From NCBI GenBank assembly GCA_041498975.1, contig JBGQJI010000046.1, positions 1-16,781 on the forward strand: a stretch of 16,781 nucleotides of DNA, given 5' to 3'. Position 1 is the stretch's first letter. Each line of letters opens with the position of its first letter. The notes beneath the pieces were generated by a model. It was not told where the DNA came from, made no database searches, and was given only the letters and a program-made list of their open reading frames with translations. Positions 16,361 through 16,781 of the stretch are shown piece after piece. A program made the position numbers and the translations under genes. This DNA comes from Candidatus Methylomirabilis sp. (lineage in GTDB: Bacteria > Methylomirabilota > Methylomirabilia > Methylomirabilales > Methylomirabilaceae).

Positions 16361-16781
16361 TTCGGCATCGACTGTGGCCCCAGCACCCCGTGGAAGGGAG
16401 TCCAGGTGAAGATATTGGGCGCGATGTCGTCGAGAAAGACATGAATCATCCCCAGGACCCCTACATGGTGGCCGGAAACCTCGTTTAGGGGGATCTGGGC
16501 CTCGATCGCCAGTTCAAAATACTTTCCGGCCCAGATCAGGCCGGGATTGGCAAAGGCGGTGGTCTGGCCGCTCTCATGCCCGGTGAGCAGCGTCTCCCCG
16601 TTGAACTCCACGATGGGGATCAGGCGGCTGAAGGGCCATGGGATTCCCACATCCTTCACGAACGATTGCAGATAGGGAATGCTGTACATCAGGGTGACAC
16701 CCCATTCAAGGCTGTTGTCGAGTTCTTCGGTGTGGCTGTGGCCGGTGAACAGGTTGAAACCGAGCGAACCTGTGACCGCAA
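16357..16781 (-). CDS. 3' part of a putative outer-membrane protein upstream of copCD (5' end outside the window)
   Basis: The frame stays open from the track's ATG 16689 to the window edge (AVTGSLGFNLFTGHSHTEELDNSLEWGVTLMYSIPYLQSFVKDVG...). It has alternating beta-strand patterns, and its stop overlaps the copC ATG (ATGA). Confidence 0.7.
   Translation of the reverse strand, partial: AVTGSLGFNLFTGHSHTEELDNSLEWGVTLMYSIPYLQSFVKDVGIPWPFSRLIPIVEFNGETLLTGHESGQTTAFANPGLIWAGKYFELAIEAQIPLNEVSGHHVGVLGMIHVFLDDIAPNIFTWTPFHGVLGPQSMPK

Overview
GC-rich bacterial DNA, probably from a diderm organism since it encodes outer-membrane and periplasmic proteins; no mobile element, CRISPR array or RNA gene was recognised. 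The left part holds the 5' two-thirds of accD (minus strand), a divergent stand-alone secreted di-heme (DUF1111-like) gene behind a near-perfect sigma-54 promoter, and a MoxR ATPase / DUF58 / transglutaminase operon. The right ~10 kb is one co-oriented minus-strand metal and redox cluster. In transcription order it reads: putative outer-membrane protein (partial), copC, copD, a DUF2946/CruR-like leader ORF ending in RAPP, a His-rich outer-membrane protein, a ZnuA/ZnuC/ZnuB-type ABC importer, Prx6 peroxiredoxin, a TusA-like protein, a second CopC, DoxX, and Cu/Zn SOD. The best lead is the 128-aa RAPP-ending ORF. It has His-based motifs (HDH, CPIH) in place of CxxC and is followed by a spacer that could sequester the next ribosome-binding site, suggesting a ribosome-stalling metal sensor controlling a Zn/Mn-type importer. 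All family assignments come from motif recognition by eye, not from database searches.
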